32,000 nucleotides of DNA from Wolbachia endosymbiont of Dirofilaria (Dirofilaria) immitis (GTDB lineage: Bacteria > Pseudomonadota > Alphaproteobacteria > Rickettsiales > Anaplasmataceae), in the NCBI RefSeq assembly GCF_013365455.1, contig NZ_CP046578.1, positions 570,001 through 602,000 on the forward strand. Reading direction: 5' to 3'. Below the pieces are notes generated by a model. It was not told the DNA's origin. It worked only from the letters and a program-made list of their open reading frames with translations, and did no database searches. This document shows, in pieces, positions 30,140 through 32,000 of this stretch (positions are counted from its first letter, which is position 1; each line of letters begins with the position of its first letter). The position numbers were made by a program, and so were the translations under genes.

Positions 30140-31624
30140 TCACTCCTTACTCTCTATATTAACTATCTTTGCACCCTTAAACGTATCAAGTACATCTTTG
30201 ACTGTAGGTACATAATTTAAGTTACTTATTTCTCTGTTCATATAACATACATCAACTGTAACCAACCATTGTTGCTGAGTCACCTGATCCAAGTAATTTT
30301 TTAAGTCATTACAAAAATCACTACTCAATTGAGATATAGCTTTTAATCTTAAATATCCAGGTTTACAGTCTATTAATTGTAGATTACTACATAGCTGTTT
30401 GTAAAGATAAATTTGATTATCCTGTCGCAATAGTTGTTGAATTTTATCAAAATCATAATTTTTTTGCCGTATACTCTCCATAGTACAGATATCCTTTTGC
30501 TGTACATTTTGCGCAAGAACTTTTTTAACTACTTGCTCAGGAGAAGGCAAATCAGAAAGATAACAGAGACTGATGAGCATCATTTCAGCAGCAATATCAT
30601 TACATGATGAAGTCTTTATAGTTTGAACTCCCTTGAGCAATACTTTCCATAGCCTCGAGAAAAAGATTAAAGACTTCTTTACACTTAAGTCTTTAATCTT
30701 GTCTTTTCCACTTTCTAGCACTGAACTGTCAATCTCCTTTGTAATCAAAAAACGACATATTAACTGGATTGTTTGTAAAAGACTTTCAAAAATACTAAGT
30801 GGATTCGCTATCTTTGTTGCTTTGTCAAATATCAATAAAGCTTTTTGCAAATCACTATCTAATAGTGCTTCCATTAAATCAAATACACTACCTTCATCTA
30901 CCAAACCAAGTATTTCTATCACATCTTCAGTAGATATTAAGCTATCTTTACTATACAACATCGCTTGATTCATCAAAAATAAGGCGTTACGCATTGAATT
31001 GCTACAATGATGTGCAATTAACTCTGATGCTCTATTTTCAATCAAATAATTTTCTTTTTGTGCAATGTCATTTAAACGCTCTACTATTTTAGTTATAGGT
31101 ATTTTACATAAATCAAATCTTTGACAACGTGCAACAATAGTTATCGGCATCTTTTTTATTTCTGTAGTTGCCAAAATAAACTTTACGCTAGATGGTGGCT
31201 CTTCCAGGGTTTTAAGTAATGCATTAAACGCACTGCTCGATAACATATGCACTTCATCTATAATGTAAACTTTAAATTTAGAACTTATAGGTAAATAACA
31301 AACATCCTCTAATATTACTTTAATATCTTCGACACTAGTGTGACTTGCCGCATCGATTTCAATCACGTCTGAATGATTTGAGTTTTTTATCGCTAGACAA
31401 TTTTCACATGATCCACAAGGCTCAAAAGTTGGTCCTAAAGAACAATTCAAACATAAAGCTATTATTCTCGCTGTTGTAGTCTTACCAACTCCACTACTGC
31501 CAGAGAGTAATATAGATTGTGGAACCTTATTGAGAGTAAAAGCATTTTTTAGTACACGCACCAATATATCTTGACCTATCAAGTCTTTAAAACTATCAGG
31601 ACGATACTTTAATGCTATATTCAT
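30140..31624 (-). CDS. dnaX: DNA polymerase III subunit gamma/tau
   Basis: MNIALKYRPDSFKDLIGQDILVRVL, Walker A LLSGSSGVGKTTTARI, zinc cysteines CLNCSLGPTFEPCGSCENC, IDEVHMLSSSAFNALLKTLEEPP. The track ORF starts upstream at 31666; ATG at 31624 fits the conserved N-terminus. Confidence 0.96.
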   Translation of the reverse strand: MNIALKYRPDSFKDLIGQDILVRVLKNAFTLNKVPQSILLSGSSGVGKTTTARIIALCLNCSLGPTFEPCGSCENCLAIKNSNHSDVIEIDAASHTSVEDIKVILEDVCYLPISSKFKVYIIDEVHMLSSSAFNALLKTLEEPPSSVKFILATTEIKKMPITIVARCQRFDLCKIPITKIVERLNDIAQKENYLIENRASELIAHHCSNSMRNALFLMNQAMLYSKDSLISTEDVIEILGLVDEGSVFDLMEALLDSDLQKALLIFDKATKIANPLSIFESLLQTIQLICRFLITKEIDSSVLESGKDKIKDLSVKKSLIFFSRLWKVLLKGVQTIKTSSCNDIAAEMMLISLCYLSDLPSPEQVVKKVLAQNVQQKDICTMESIRQKNYDFDKIQQLLRQDNQIYLYKQLCSNLQLIDCKPGYLRLKAISQLSSDFCNDLKNYLDQVTQQQWLVTVDVCYMNREISNLNYVPTVKDVLDTFKGAKIVNIESKE

Positions 31625-32000
31625 GCCTCCAACTAAACCAAATAACAAGATAGGCATGCAACCCAAAAAAAAACTGATATGGCTGCTTCATTCCTGATCT
31701 GACCAAGTTACAGAGTTTTTGCCTGCATACCTTATAAAATATAATACTTTTTTTTTATTTAGCAAGGTATATTCTATATTAGCCCTATAATTTGATATAT
31801 TAATTTCTTTATAATGCTATTATAATAGTAAACAAAAAGTCAGTTTATCATGTAAGTTACCTAAGATTATTATTCTTATGTCCATTTACGTTATCCAATA
31901 CTCATCATTTATCATCCAAGTATTTATGACACCTAAGTTGTACTGGAACAGCAAGGGGAAAAGTTTATGATTCTATATTACTTTCCTCTTTGTCCATTTT

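Noticed and set aside
30633-30968. 111-aa plus-strand ORF over dnaX
   Set aside because: Antisense to conserved dnaX coding sequence.
1-32000. Prophage WO, insertion sequences, ankyrin repeat, toxin-antitoxin or cif-type cytoplasmic incompatibility genes
   Set aside because: No transposase, integrase, phage structural, ankyrin, toxin-antitoxin or deubiquitinase-like protein appears among the supported ORFs.

Overview
This 32 kb AT-rich window is almost certainly from Wolbachia. The evidence is an intact Wsp major surface antigen gene, a WspB paralogue, and the characteristic ribA-virB8-virB9-virB10-virB11-virD4-wspB type IV secretion cluster. The rest is housekeeping: a Na+/alanine symporter cut by the window edge, tRNA-Leu(GAG), a secreted metallophosphoesterase, purL, an AddB-like nuclease, purF, a NifU/Nfu-like protein, hisS, an IalB-family protein, rpoH, a YbaB/EbfC protein and dnaX. 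Two long stretches (about 4.9 kb at 11.15-16.04 kb and about 1.9 kb at 21.86-23.75 kb) have no supportable gene and look like decayed sequence, which suggests a reduced, low-coding-density (possibly filarial) Wolbachia; that strain inference is not proven. I see no CRISPR array, transposase, prophage, toxin-antitoxin, ankyrin or cif-type gene, and no convincing novel multigene system. The best second-look items are: (1) a consensus promoter feeding tRNA-Leu, followed by only 31 nt before ribA and the T4SS genes, implying a tRNA-mRNA polycistron; (2) an A7 slippery site in dnaX with an upstream SD-like GGAG and an immediate -1 frame stop, matching the geometry of the E. coli tau/gamma frameshift site; (3) a low-complexity acidic C-terminal tail on VirD4; (4) the gene-free decayed regions; (5) a small GC-richer inverted-repeat element after wspB.
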